From: Zygnema circumcarinatum SAG 698-1b
Taxonomy: Eukaryota > Plantae > Zygnematophyceae
Direction: 5' to 3'
DNA length: 64,000 nt
Assembly: GCA_037447605.1 (NCBI GenBank)
Contig: CM074815.1
Span: 434,001-498,000, forward strand
Shown: positions 9,960 through 21,018 of the stretch, in pieces
Layout of the letters: each line of letters opens with the position of its first letter
Numbering within the stretch: the stretch's first letter is position 1
Translations under genes and position numbers: made by a program
The notes under the pieces: generated by a model
Database searches by the model: none
What the model saw: the letters and a program-made list of their open reading frames with translations, nothing else
What the model was told of the DNA's origin: nothing

Positions 9960-12900
9960 AGGCAAGTGGGGTAGGGGGAAGTGGGAGTAGAAGGGGTAGG
10001 AGGGGTAGTGGGGTAGGGGGAAGTGGGAGTAGAAGGGGTAGGAGGGGTAGTGGGGTAGGGGGAAGTGGGAGTAGAAGGGGTAGGAGGGGTAGTGGGGTAG
10101 GGGGAAGTGGGAGTAGAAGGGGTAGGAGGGGTAGTGGGGGTAGGGGGGAAGTGGGAGTAGAAGGGGTAGGAGGGGTAGTGGGGTAGGGGGAAGTGGGAGT
10201 AGAAGGGGTAGGAGGGAGTGGAGGGAGGGGAGGGAGAAGGGGTAGGAGGGAGTGGAGGGAGGGGAGGGAGTGGAGGGAGAAGGGGTAGGAGGGAGTGGAG
10301 GGGGAGGGGAGAAAGAAGGGGTAGGAGGGAGTGGAGGGAGGGGAGGGAAGAAGAGGTAGGAGGGGTAGGAGGGAGGGGAGGGAGTGGAGGGAGTGGAGGG
10401 AGAAGGGGTAGGAGGGAGTGGAGGGAGTGGAGGGAGTGGAGAAAGTGGAGGGAGAAGGGGTAGGAGGGAGTGGAGGGAGGGGAGAAAGAAGGGGTAGGAG
10501 GGGTAGTGGGGTAGGGGGAAGTGGGAGTAGAAGGGGTAGGAGGGAGTGGAGGGAGGGGAGGGAGTGGAGGGAGTGGAGGGAGAAGGGGTAGGAGGGAGTG
10601 GAGGGAGGGGAGAAAGAAGGGGTAGGAGGGAGTGGAGGGAGGGGAGGGAGAAGGGGTAGGAGGGAGTGGAGGGAGGGGAGAAAGAAGGGGTAGGAGGGAG
10701 TGGAGGGAGGGGAGAAGTGGGAGAGAAGGGGTAGGAGGGGTAGTGGAGGGAGGGGAGGGAGTGGAGGTAGAAGGGGTAGGAGGGAGTGGGGAGGGAGGGG
10801 AGGGAGAAGGGGTAGGAGGGAGTGGAGGGAGGGGAGAAGGGGAAGGGGTAGGAGGGAGGGGAGGGAGAAGGGAGGGAGAAGGGGTAGGAGGGAGTGGAGG
10901 GAGGGGGGAAGTGGGAGTAGAAGGGGTAGGAGGGGTAGTGGGGGTAGGGGGGAAGTGGGAGTAGAAGGGGTAGGGGGTAGGGGGTAGGAGTGAGGGGGTA
11001 GGGGGGTAGGGGGGTAGGGTGTAGGGGGTCGGGGTGAGGGGGTAGGGGTGAGGGAGTAGGGGTTAAGGGGGTAGGGGTTAGGGTGTAGGGGGTAGGTGGG
11101 TAGGGGGGTAGGAGTGAGGGGGTAGGGGTGAGGGAGTAGGGGTTGAGTAGGGGTTAAGGGGTTAGGGTGTAGGGGGTAGGGGGGTAGGGGGGTAGGAGTG
11201 AGGGGTAGGGGGTAGGGGGTAGGGGGTAGGAGTGAGGGGTAGGGGGTAGGGGGTAGGAGTGAGGGGTAGGGGGTAGGAGTGAGGGGGTAGGGGTGAGGGA
11301 GTAGGGGTTAAGGGGTAGGGGTTAGGGTGTAGGGGGTAGGTGGGTAGGGGGGTAGGAGTGAGGGGGTAGGGGTGGGGTGAGGGATTAGGGGTTAAGGGGG
11401 TAGGGGTTAGGGTGTAGGGGGTTGGTGGGTAGGGAGGTAGGAGTGAGGGGGTAGGGGGGTAGGGGGGTAGGGTGTAGGGGGTTGGTGGGTAGGGGTAGGG
11501 GTGAGGGAGTACGGGTTAGGAGTGGGGGGTAGGGGTGAGGGATTAGGGGTTAAGGGGGTAGGGGTTAGGGTGTAGGGGGTTGTGGGTAGGGAGGTAGGAG
11601 TGAGGGGGTAGGGGGGTAGGGGGGTAGGGTGTAGGGGGTAGGTGGGTAGGGGGGTAGGAGTGAGGGGGGGTGAGGGGGTAGGGGTGAGGGATTAGGGGTT
11701 AAGGGGGTAGGGGTTAGGGTGTAGGGGGTTGGTGGGTAGGGAGGTAGGAGTGAGGGGGTAGGGGGGTAGGGGGGTAGGGTGGGGGGTCGGTGGGGGGGTA
11801 GGGGTGAGGGATTAGGGGTTAAGGGGGTAGGGATTAGGGTGTAGGGGGTTGGTGGGTAGGGAGGTAGGAGTGAGGGGGTAGGGGTGAGGGAGTAGGGGTT
11901 AAGGGGGTAGGGGTTAGGGTGTAGGGGGTAGGTGGGTAGGGGGGTAGGGTCTAGGGGTTTAGGGTGTAGGGGGTAGGGGTTAGGGGCTAGGGTGTAGGGG
12001 TGTAGGGGGTAGGGGCTAGGGGTTAGGAGTGAGGGGGTAGGGGTGAGGGATTAGGGGGGAAGGGGGTAGGGGTTAGGGTGGAGGGGGTTGGTGGGTAGGG
12101 AGGTAGGAGTGAGGGGTAGGGGTGAGGGGTAGGGGTGAGGGGTAGGGGTGAGGGATTAGGGGTTAAGGGGGTAGGGGTTAGGGTGTAGGGGGTAGGTGGG
12201 TAGGGGGGTAGGAGTAGGGGGTAGGGGTGAGGGGGTAGGGGTGAGGGATTAGGGGTTAAGGGGGTAGGGGTTAGGGTGTAGGGGGTTGGTGGGTAGGGAG
12301 GTAGGTGAGGGGTGAGGGGGTAGGGGGGTGGGGGGGGAGGGTGTAGGGGGACGGGGGGGGGGAAGGGGGTAGGAGTGAGGGGGTAGGGGTGAGGGATTAG
12401 GGGTTAAGGGGGTAGGGGTTAGGGTGTAGGGGGTAGGTGGGTAGGGGGGTAGGAGTGAGGGGGTAGGGGTGAGGGGGTAGGGGTGAGGGATTAGGGGTTA
12501 AGGGGGTAGGGGTTAGGGTGTAGGGGGTAGGTGGGTAGGGAGGTAGGAGTGAGGGGGAAGGGGGTGAGGGTTGTAGGGAGTAGGGGGTCGGTGTGGGGGT
12601 AGGGGTGAGGTACGGGTTAGGGGTAGGGATAGGAGTGGGGGTAGGTGGGTAGAAGGGGTAGGAGTGCGGGGGGTGGGGGTGAGGGGAGTGAGGGGTTGAA
12701 GAGCTCGGGGGTTAGAGTATAGGGGTAGGGGTAGGGGGTAGGAGTGAGGGAAGTGGTGAGGGAGTAGGGTTTATGGGGGTTAGGGGTTGGGGTGTAGAGG
12801 GTAGGTGGATAGGGGGTTAGGAGTGAGGGGGAAGGGGTGAGGGAGTAGGGGTTAAGGGGATACGGGTGAGAAGGTAGGGGGTAGGTGGGTAGGGGGGTAG

Positions 12901-13290
12901 GAGTGAGGGGGTAGGGGTGAGGGAGTAGGGGTTGAAGAGCTCGGGGTTAGAGTATAGGGGGTAGGGGGGTAGGGGGGGTGGGAGTGAGGGGGAAGGGGTG
13001 AGGGAGTAGGGTTTATGGGGGTTAGGGGTTGGGGTGTAGAGGGTAAGTGGATAGGGGGGTAGAAGTGAGGGGGAAGGGGTGAGGGAGTAGGGCTTAGGGG
13101 GGTAGGGGTGAGGGAGTAGGAGTTAAGGGGGTAGGGGTGTAGGGGGGTAGGAGTGAGGGGGTAGGGGTGAGGGAGTAGGTGTGTAGGAGTGAGAGGGTAG
13201 AGGTTAAGGGGATTAGGGTTAAGGGGGTAGGGGATTAGAGTGAAGCTTTAGGGTTACAGGGTTAGGAGTCAGGGAAAAGGGTTTAGGGCG
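9960..13290. repeat. 3.3-kb G-rich composite satellite (42-bp unit, then GGAGGGAGT- and GGGGTAG-based units); G-quadruplex prone
   Basis: AAGTGGGAG recurs at 9979 and 10021, a 42-nt period. G3+ runs are continuous and C is almost absent. Confidence 0.95.
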
Positions 13291-13649
13291 AAGGGTTTAG
13301 GTGGGAGGAGGAAGGGTGGGGGAGGGGAGAGGCGAGACTACGGGGTGTTCAGGGTTGAGGGGCGAGAAAGAGATCGTGAAGAAGAGATCAATGCGATGAA
13401 ACGAGAGGGAGAGGGGAATTGGTGAGAGGGAGGGGGGAATGCGAGAGAGAAAAGAGAAACGAGGGAGAGGGAGAGGGAGAAGCAGTGGTGAGAGAGGGAT
13501 TCGGAGCAAAGTGCGGGTGTGGGTATTTAGGGAGAGAGAGAGAGCGAATGGGGGAGGGAGGGAGAGGGGCAGCCACGCTCACCTGCATGGCTCCGGAGGA
13601 GCTCGTCCACCTCCGTCATCGTCTGTTTCCTTGTGCAGCTCTACGTCGT

Positions 13650-14470
13650 ACGTTACGGATTCCCGTAAAACTGAAAACTGAATGTTCACACAGAGATACA
13701 GAGAGAGAGGGGGGAGAGAGAGAGAGAGAGAGGCGCACGGGGAGTGACGGAGGGGAGGGAAGAGGAGCGAGAGAGAGCGGGAGAAGGAAAGAACGAGAGA
13801 GGCGCGTTGAATACGACAAAATCTGGACCAATGGCGGAGAGGCGCCGCAGTGTCGGTGCAATGTCGGTGCGGCCAATCAGCGACGCGGATGGCCTTTGAC
13901 CCCTACGACTCGGCCTCTGATTGGTGCATCGCATTCTGACGTGGCCCACGTGTGGCTCGCTACTAACAAAAGGACCTTCAGACAGCAGCGGTACGGTCTC
14001 GATAGGGATAAGAATCCGTACGTACGAACATTGTACTGACATCCAAAATATCACCACCTGGAGAGCCGCGGGGACGCGCCGCACGAAATTTTTTTGTCAC
14101 CGTTTCTATGGTCACAAATTCCATCGAGCGTTTTGTTAGTCACGTGCGGTAATCACAGTCTGCCACGTCAAACAATATGTGGCCACGGAAAAAGTTGGCC
14201 ATCGCAATACGGATTCTCAGCATGGAGATTCCCTCCCGGTGGTCGGTGGGATCCGGGGCACTATCCGCTATATATATGTCGGTGGATCCGCTCGTTTCCC
14301 GATAAAATCGATATACCGAGATATATGTTGATATATCGATGGTGGTTTTGTATCCCCAATACTGTACATAAGTATCTGGGATGGAATATCGTGTCGGTAT
14401 ATATCGATCACGTATCGGTGGCTTGGGGACTTGGGGCAGTCAGGGGGAGACCCTTCAGAGGCTTTTTAGG
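13650..14470. promoter_or_regulatory. Putative bidirectional promoter between the ClC (-) and radical SAM (+) genes
   Basis: Unique GC-balanced sequence between divergent genes. It has CCAAT boxes at about 13829 and 13873, ATTGG at about 13920, and CACGTG G-boxes at 13947-13952 and about 14141. Confidence 0.5.
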
Positions 14471-14479
14471 GATCAGGAA

Positions 14480-17400
14480 ATGGCGGAAATTGTAGGGTTG
14501 AGGGCCGTCCCTTTCTCGGGAGGAGGGGGGCTTAGGGTTCAGGAGAGGATGCAGGAATTAGGGTTCAGGGCCGCCCTCTCTGGGGACCTCAAATTCCATT
14601 TACGGGGGGGCGGGAATTCGAACCCAAAAAGCAGGAAAACCGGCAAGAAAAAAGAACTAAGAATTCGAAATTCCGCGAAAAAAAAGAGTTCCGGGGCGTT
14701 GAAAACCGAGCGGCGGGAAAATGTTTCCTCCAAAAAATTAGGGTTTAGGAACGATCCGAAATCTGAACCCTCCAAATTTGTCTCGATGGGTCGATTTAAC
14801 ACGGAAGAAAAATTACTTTTCTGCCCCACAGTCGCTGAAAACGACGCAATTAAATGCGTTTACGCGTACCCAAATGAATATTCCGTCGGAATTTGCTCCT
14901 TGGGTTATCAAATCATGTGGCGACACCTGGCACTCTCTGACAGGGTCCACGTGGCACGTCTCTTCACTGACGCCTCGGACCCCATAATGCCATTTCCGGA
15001 CTTGGTGGGATTTTCATTTTCTTGGGAATTAGATTATGGCAATATTTTAACACTTTTAGAGGAAATTAGGGTTCCGGGGAGGGCCTCAGAAAGGAGGGAA
15101 TTTGAGCCCTTGGTTTTTGGGGGCGGGCCGGTGCTGACCGCAAATCCTGAACCCTATTTCGAAATTTTTGATGTCGTGCTTTTGGGGGACGGAGAGGACC
15201 TTTTGGGAAATTTTTTGGATGCGGTGGAGGCTACCCGTGGAATGCGGGCAGACCGAATAGAGCGGCTCGTGGCACTCGCGCAGGTGGGGCGAAGAGAGGA
15301 TTTTTGTTTATGAATTTGTGCTGAACGGACGTTCAAATTTGAATTGGAATTTGTGAAAGCTAGAGAGAGCGATAGAGAAAGAGAGACAGGTAGGGAGTGG
15401 AGGGAGAGAGTGAGTGGGGAGGAGAGTGAGAGAGAAAGAGCGAGAGAGAGGGAGAGCGAGAGGAAGAGAGAGTGAGGGGGAGAGAAGTGAAAGAGAGAGC
15501 GAGAGAGAGGGAGAGAAAGCACGAGAGGAAGAGGGAGAGAGAGAGAGAGAGAGCTCCGTACTGACAGCTGGCGCAGGTGCCAGGCGTGTATGTCCCAAGT
15601 CTGTATGCCGTGGAGTATGAGAGCCCCGAGGGGCCAATCCGAGCCGTCCGTCCGATCAGATCGGACGTCCCAGACAGCGTAGCGAAGCAGACGTACCGCG
15701 GGGAGAAGCTGGCGATGTCATCAGTGGTTTCGGCGAAGATGGCGTGGGAAAACATTTTCATGGTGGAGGTGGGTCGCCTAAAACCTTAAACCCTAAATAG
15801 TTCGAAAACCAAATATTAATGAACCCTTTCTGAGATTCCTACCTAAAATACCATTAGCTTTAAGAAGAGCAAAAAAAAAAATTGAACTAGACCCTTAAAG
15901 ATTTCTAAAACCCTTAATCTCTCTCCCTTCCCACCATCTTCCCTTTCCTCCCCCTCCCCCCTTGCCTTCCCTTACCCCTCTACCTTCCCTTTTCCGCCCC
16001 GCCCCTCCCACCCCCTCCCTCCCTCTCGTCCTCAATCCCCCACATCCCCCTCCCTCCCACCCCCCTCCTCCCTCTCCCCTCCCTTCCCCCCCCCCCCCCC
16101 CTCAATCCCCCTTCCTCCCCCCCTCCCTCTCCCCTCCACTCTCCATCCCCTCTCCCTCCCCCCCCACTCTCCCTCCCCTCTCCCTCCCCACACTCCCTTC
16201 CGTCTCCCTCCCCCGCCTCTCCCTCCCCTCTCCCCCCCCCTCTCTCCCTCCCCTCTTCCTCCCCTCTCCCTCCCCTCTCCCTCCCCTCCCACTCTCCCTT
16301 CCTCTCCTTCCCCCCTCCTCTCCCTCCCTCTCCTTCCCCCCTCTCCCTCCCTCTCCCTCCCCCACCTCTCCCTCCCCTCTCCTCCCCCTCTCCCTCCCGT
16401 CTCCTCCCGCCCTCTCCCTCCCTCTCCCTCCCCCCACTCCCTCCCTCTCCCTCCCCTCCCTCTCCCTCCCTCTCCTTCCCCCTCCTCTCCCTCCTCTCCC
16501 TTCCCCCCCCTCTCCCTCCCCTCCTCCCCTCACTCTCCTCCCCCCCTCTCCCTCCCTCTCCCTCCATCCCCCCCTCTCCCTCCCCTCTCCCTCCCCCTCT
16601 CCCTCCTCTCCTCCCCCTCTCCCTCCCTCTCTCCCTCCCTCCCTCTCACCCCCCTCTCCTCCCTCTCCCTCCCCCCCTCTCCCTCCCCTCTCCTTCCCCA
16701 CCCTCTCCCTCCCTCCCTCCCTCCCTCCCTCCCTCCCTCCCTCCCTCCCTCCCTCCCTCCCTCCCTCCCTCCCCCCTCCAGGTGGTCCGCAGCTGTCCGG
16801 AGATGTGTCGGTTCTGTTTGGCGAGTTACGCGTCGCTGCCCTTCCGCGCGGCGCCGCTCGAGGGTGTGCTCGTACCCGCCATAAAGGCCGGCCTCGAGGT
16901 GCGCCTACCCGCTCTGAGGGCGCTAAAACCCTAAAAGTTGTAGGCTCTTGAAACCTTCAAAAAATTGAAGATTCAAAGCATTTAAGGGCGATTTGCGAAC
17001 ACAGTAAATGTTTCAAGCAATGGAACTCGAAAAACTTGGGAAGAAATTGAAACTTGAAACCCTAAAATTTTTGGGTGCTTTTTCGGTTTTGCAGTTTACG
17101 GATCGAATTGGTCTGCTTGGAGCTTCCGTGACGCAACATCCTCAGTTTGATGACCTCATCACATATCTGTTGCAGCCAGAAATGGCACATGTTCGCTTGA
17201 GGTGAAACCCTGAACCCTAAAAAGCTTGAAACCCTAAAATCTTTGAGAAGCTTGAAACTTTAAGAATTTAGAAGTTTGAAACCTTGCTCAAAGACTTTCG
17301 GGTTCAAGCTTCTCCAATATTTTAAGGTTTCAAGCTTTTTAAAGATTTTAGGGATTCAAGTTTCTCCAAGAATTTAGGGTTTCGATTTTCTCAAAGTTTT

Positions 17401-17863
17401 TAGGGTTTTAAGCTTTCAAAGATTTTAGGGTTTCAAGCTTCTCAACGGTTTTAAGGGTTCAATCTTCTCACCTTTGAGAAACTTTAAACCCTAAAATCTT
17501 GGAGAAGCTTGAAACCCCAAATTTTGGGGAAACTTGAAACCCTAAAACCATTGAGAAACGTGAAACTCTAAAATCTTAGAGAAACTTGAACCTCTGACAA
17601 CCCTAAGACGCTCGAAACCCTCACAATCCTAAGAAGAAGAATACTGTGCATTCCTCATTTTTTACTCTTGCCTTTTCCATTCTTCCTCCGTTTCATCCAT
17701 TCTTCCCTTTCCTTCTCCCCTCGTGGTTTCCCCCGTGCAGCATCGCCTCTGTGCGGGCCAACACGGTGACTGCAAAACTCGCGGCCGCTCTCTCCTCTCG
17801 CGGGTCGAAATCTTTGACAGTCGCAGTGGAGAGTGGGTCGGAGAGAATGCGGAAAATCATCAA
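14480..17863 (+). CDS. Cyanobacterial-type radical SAM protein (COG1032-like family, often annotated as B12-binding radical SAM) with a predicted plastid transit peptide; truncated by an assembly gap
   Basis: Exons 14480-15283, 15577-15768, 16782-16898, 17095-17201 and 17741-gap join in frame. They contain the CxxxCxxC motif RSCPEMCRFC plus YPNEYSVGICSLGYQ, GFSFSWELDY, GGGPVLTANPEP and AVESGSERMRKII. About 100 basic, Ser-rich N-terminal residues precede the conserved part. Confidence 0.85.
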
Positions 17864-17963
17864 NNNNNNNNNNNNNNNNNNNNNNNNNNNNNNNNNNNNN
17901 NNNNNNNNNNNNNNNNNNNNNNNNNNNNNNNNNNNNNNNNNNNNNNNNNNNNNNNNNNNNNNN
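17864..17963. other. 100-N scaffold gap; 10-N gaps also at 1401, 4231, 33629, 40758, 46736 and 51757
   Basis: Runs of n in the sequence. Confidence 1.
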
Positions 17964-18379
17964 CCCTCCCTTCTGCCTCCCTTCTCCCCCTCTCCCTTCT
18001 CCCTTCTCCCTTCTCCCTTCTCCCCTCCCTTCTCCCTTCTCCCTTCTCCCTTCTCCCTTCTCCCTTCTCCCTCTCTCCCTTCTCCCCTTCTCCCTTCTCC
18101 CTTCTCCCTTCTCCCCTCTCCCTTCTCCCCTCTCCCTTCTCCCGTCTCCCTTCTCCCCTCTCCCTTCTCCCCTCTCCCTTCTCCCTTCTCTCCCTTCTCC
18201 CTTCTCCCCTCTCCCTTCTCCCGTCTCCCTTCTCCCCTCTCCCTTCTCCCCTCTCCCTTCTCCCTTCTCCCTTCTCCCTTCTCCCTTCTCCCTTCTCCCT
18301 TCTCCCTTCTCCCTTCTCCCCTCTCCCTTCTCCCGTCTCCCTTCTCCCCTCTCCCTTCTCCCTTCTCCCTTCTCCCTTC
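17964..18379. repeat. (CCTTCTC)n 7-mer microsatellite
   Basis: About 55 units including CCCTCTC and CCGTCTC variants. Confidence 0.9.
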
Positions 18380-18459
18380 TGTTGACATTGCGGGGTCGAT
18401 CTCCGAACTCCCGCTCAACACCTTTGACCTAATTAGGGTTAGGGTTTCTGAGGGTGCAG

Positions 18460-18670
18460 GTTCACTGGAGCCACTTGGGGCGCGCTCATGATGGGGTGGG
18501 CCGTCCTCCTCAGCATGGCGCTCAACCGCGTCGTCACGTGGCCCTTCTTCCTGACCGCCACGGGGCTCGTTTTCGGGTACTTGGGGGGCCTCCTTCTGAA
18601 GGACTCGCAGGCGTACGGCCTCTCGTCGCCGCTCGATTCCGTAAAGAGCCTGGTCAAAGGGGGGGATTAG
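18460..18670 (+). CDS. Orphan 3'-terminal exon encoding two hydrophobic helices; parent gene unknown
   Basis: The acceptor GTGCAG| is followed by FTGATWGALMMGWAVLLSMALNRVVTWPFFLTATGLVFGYLGGLLLKDSQAYGLSSPLDSVKSLVKGGD*. Third codon positions are GC-rich like neighbouring exons. Confidence 0.55.
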
Positions 18671-21018
18671 AGGCTAGAGTCTAGGGCAATAGGGGGGTTT
18701 AACCTTTTCGATGACTTGGTTAGGAAGGGGTTCAGATGGGGTTTAGCCAGAGTTGGGAATTTAGTCCTGTGGGAAAATGAGATAGGGAGTCTGTTGGGAA
18801 TTTGAAATTGGAAATGGGGGAAGCTATGTATATAAGTGAGTGAGTGACGTCACAGGGGACAGGATATTAGGTGTCGGTCAAAAGTAAAATAAACTGAACT
18901 CTTCAATTTATTCAATTCATCCAATTGGGTTCCAAATTTCTTTCTGCGAATTCTTGTTACAGAGTTAGCGAAATGTGGTCGCATTGCAATTTAAAAAAAA
19001 AAACTGATTTGTTGGTACTCTGAAGCTGGCCATGACATGGGCTTTCCTCGGTTTGAGGCGCAAGGTGGGTTTCCATTGAGGGTGCCTTCGAATACATTGT
19101 CCAATCCCGGCCTGCCACGTAATCATTCTGTCTAACGTGGAGAGCTGTGATTGGCTGATGCTCACAGGCTCTAACCTCAATGGACTACCCCCACTTCGCT
19201 TAAAGCCATTTCTGAATATGAGCCGTTGGATCATTCATCAGCCAGTGGATGCCGTTGGATGAATCTCGGAGCTTCAGATGAGAACCGTTGAAATTGTCCA
19301 CTTGTCATTCTATGCATGTGAATGTTTAACATAGCCTCAGTTCAGTCACAGTTCAAATGCCAGTGCGTATTTCTCAAAAATCTACTTTTATGCCAATTTT
19401 TTACCGTACAGTGCAGTACGGTTACCTACAGCGCAGAGTTTCTCGTGCCTATCTGTGATTTCGCTAATCTTTCCTGGAAGCTTCCGCGAAAACTCCTTAG
19501 AGATAGGAAGTGCCTGGTCAAGTTTTGGCGGCGAGATCGGACGGCTCAGATCGCCCGATGAAATCCATCGGACGGCTGAGAGTCCACTAATCCTATGGCG
19601 GTTATCCAGGCACGCGTGCGTTCTAAAGGGCAGATCACGGCTCCCTCCAAAACTTTTCTTGAATTCCTAAAACATGTTTTTCTAGAAACGTTACTGTTTG
19701 GCGTCCACTTTTCTCGTTTCGGGCAGATAAAAAATGTTTGCCTGCAAGAGTTTATATTACATTCCTGTTACAAAAAACTACCGTACAATTCCAGCCAGAC
19801 TTTTTTTTCGTCTGTTTGCCAAAGCCTGCTGGCTTCAGACAGTGAGCCTGCTCGTCAGTGGCGGCGGAAAAAAAAAAACTTAGATTTAGTACCTTGCCAA
19901 TCTACAAAACATTAAATATCCCTTGTCTGGAGTACTGATGTTAACTTGAAGACTCTTGAGAGGGCTCTTGGAACTGCTGCTGTACTTAGGGCCTGCTCTG
20001 GACGAGTCCTGCAAGTCCATTTCTTTCATTTCCTGAAAGGCTGCCACTGGAGGAGGAAGAGGAGGGAAAACGAGGGAGAAGGTGAGCGCTTTATCTGTCC
20101 TATTGACTTCCGCTTGATTTGTATTGTTGTCAGAAGCGTCTCTTGTCTTCATCAAAGGTGTATTAGGCATCTTTTGCATTTTTTTGGTGAAACTTGATTC
20201 TGCTTGGTTGCTCTGGTTGCTTCGAAGGAGTCTGCATGCTGTGTTGCCGCTTTACTCCTTTGCACATTGTCTGAAGATGGCTTGATTCAGTTGTATTTGG
20301 ATGGTCTCGTTGGTGCATGCTGATGTAAATACAGAAAGGAGAATTTGAGAGGAGCTTAGAACTGAATAAACAACAAGATGATTTATCAAATAATGTAAAA
20401 AGTGCTGCCTGGAGTGCTCCATGACTTGAACCCATTCAGCTGAATTGGTTACTTGTTGAGCGACTTCCTGCCTTACGCATCAGTTGCACTCATCAGACTC
20501 GTGAAGAATCTTCTCTATGCCGTTAGGATGCAATTTTCAAGACCGTTGTTTGTACGCAGAGTATGGAAAGGCACTCAAACATATAGCACGAGAGTAATGA
20601 TCGAGAGTGGAGCGCATGCTTGTTAGGAAATTGGTTCCATTTGTTGATTGGATTGAAAATTCACTGAATATGAGACCCTGCGGGTGAAGGTGGGAGAGGG
20701 AGATGGAGGGAATGAAGGAATAAATCATCTCACTTGAATGGCTGTCTTGATTAGCTTGACTAAAATCTCTGCATGGAGGAAGGGGTCAGAGCTCTAGGTT
20801 TGCTGATTCATGTAAAGCTGAATGCTGCAAAATTCTGGCGAAAATGCAGGATGTTTGTTTCATACTCGCTACAATGTCTTACGTTATTTTCAGTCTGGAG
20901 TATTTTTTTCAACGGCATTCCTATGCCTTCTCTTCTTTTCTCTGATTCATCTAAGCTAAAATTGCGCTGGAAGATTTCAAATTATTTGCGCTTACAGTCT
21001 CTGTTTGTAGTCTTGCAG

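Noticed and set aside
13583-13619. Alternative ClC first exon MTEVDELLRSHA
   Set aside because: It ends in phase 1, whereas the next exon at 9708 needs phase 0. Only ATG CAG fits.
14307-14407. Imperfect ATCGATATA hairpin in the bidirectional promoter
   Set aside because: The arms are short and AT-rich with no TSD, too weak to call a MITE or RNA gene.
15962-16951. Pro-rich extensin-like ORF and the antisense Gly/Glu/Arg ORFs
   Set aside because: This is a C/T low-complexity intron. The real exon starts at 16782 in another frame.
19886-20435. Short minus-strand ORFs between the orphan exon and CBA1
   Set aside because: No recognisable domain and no consistent exon chain.
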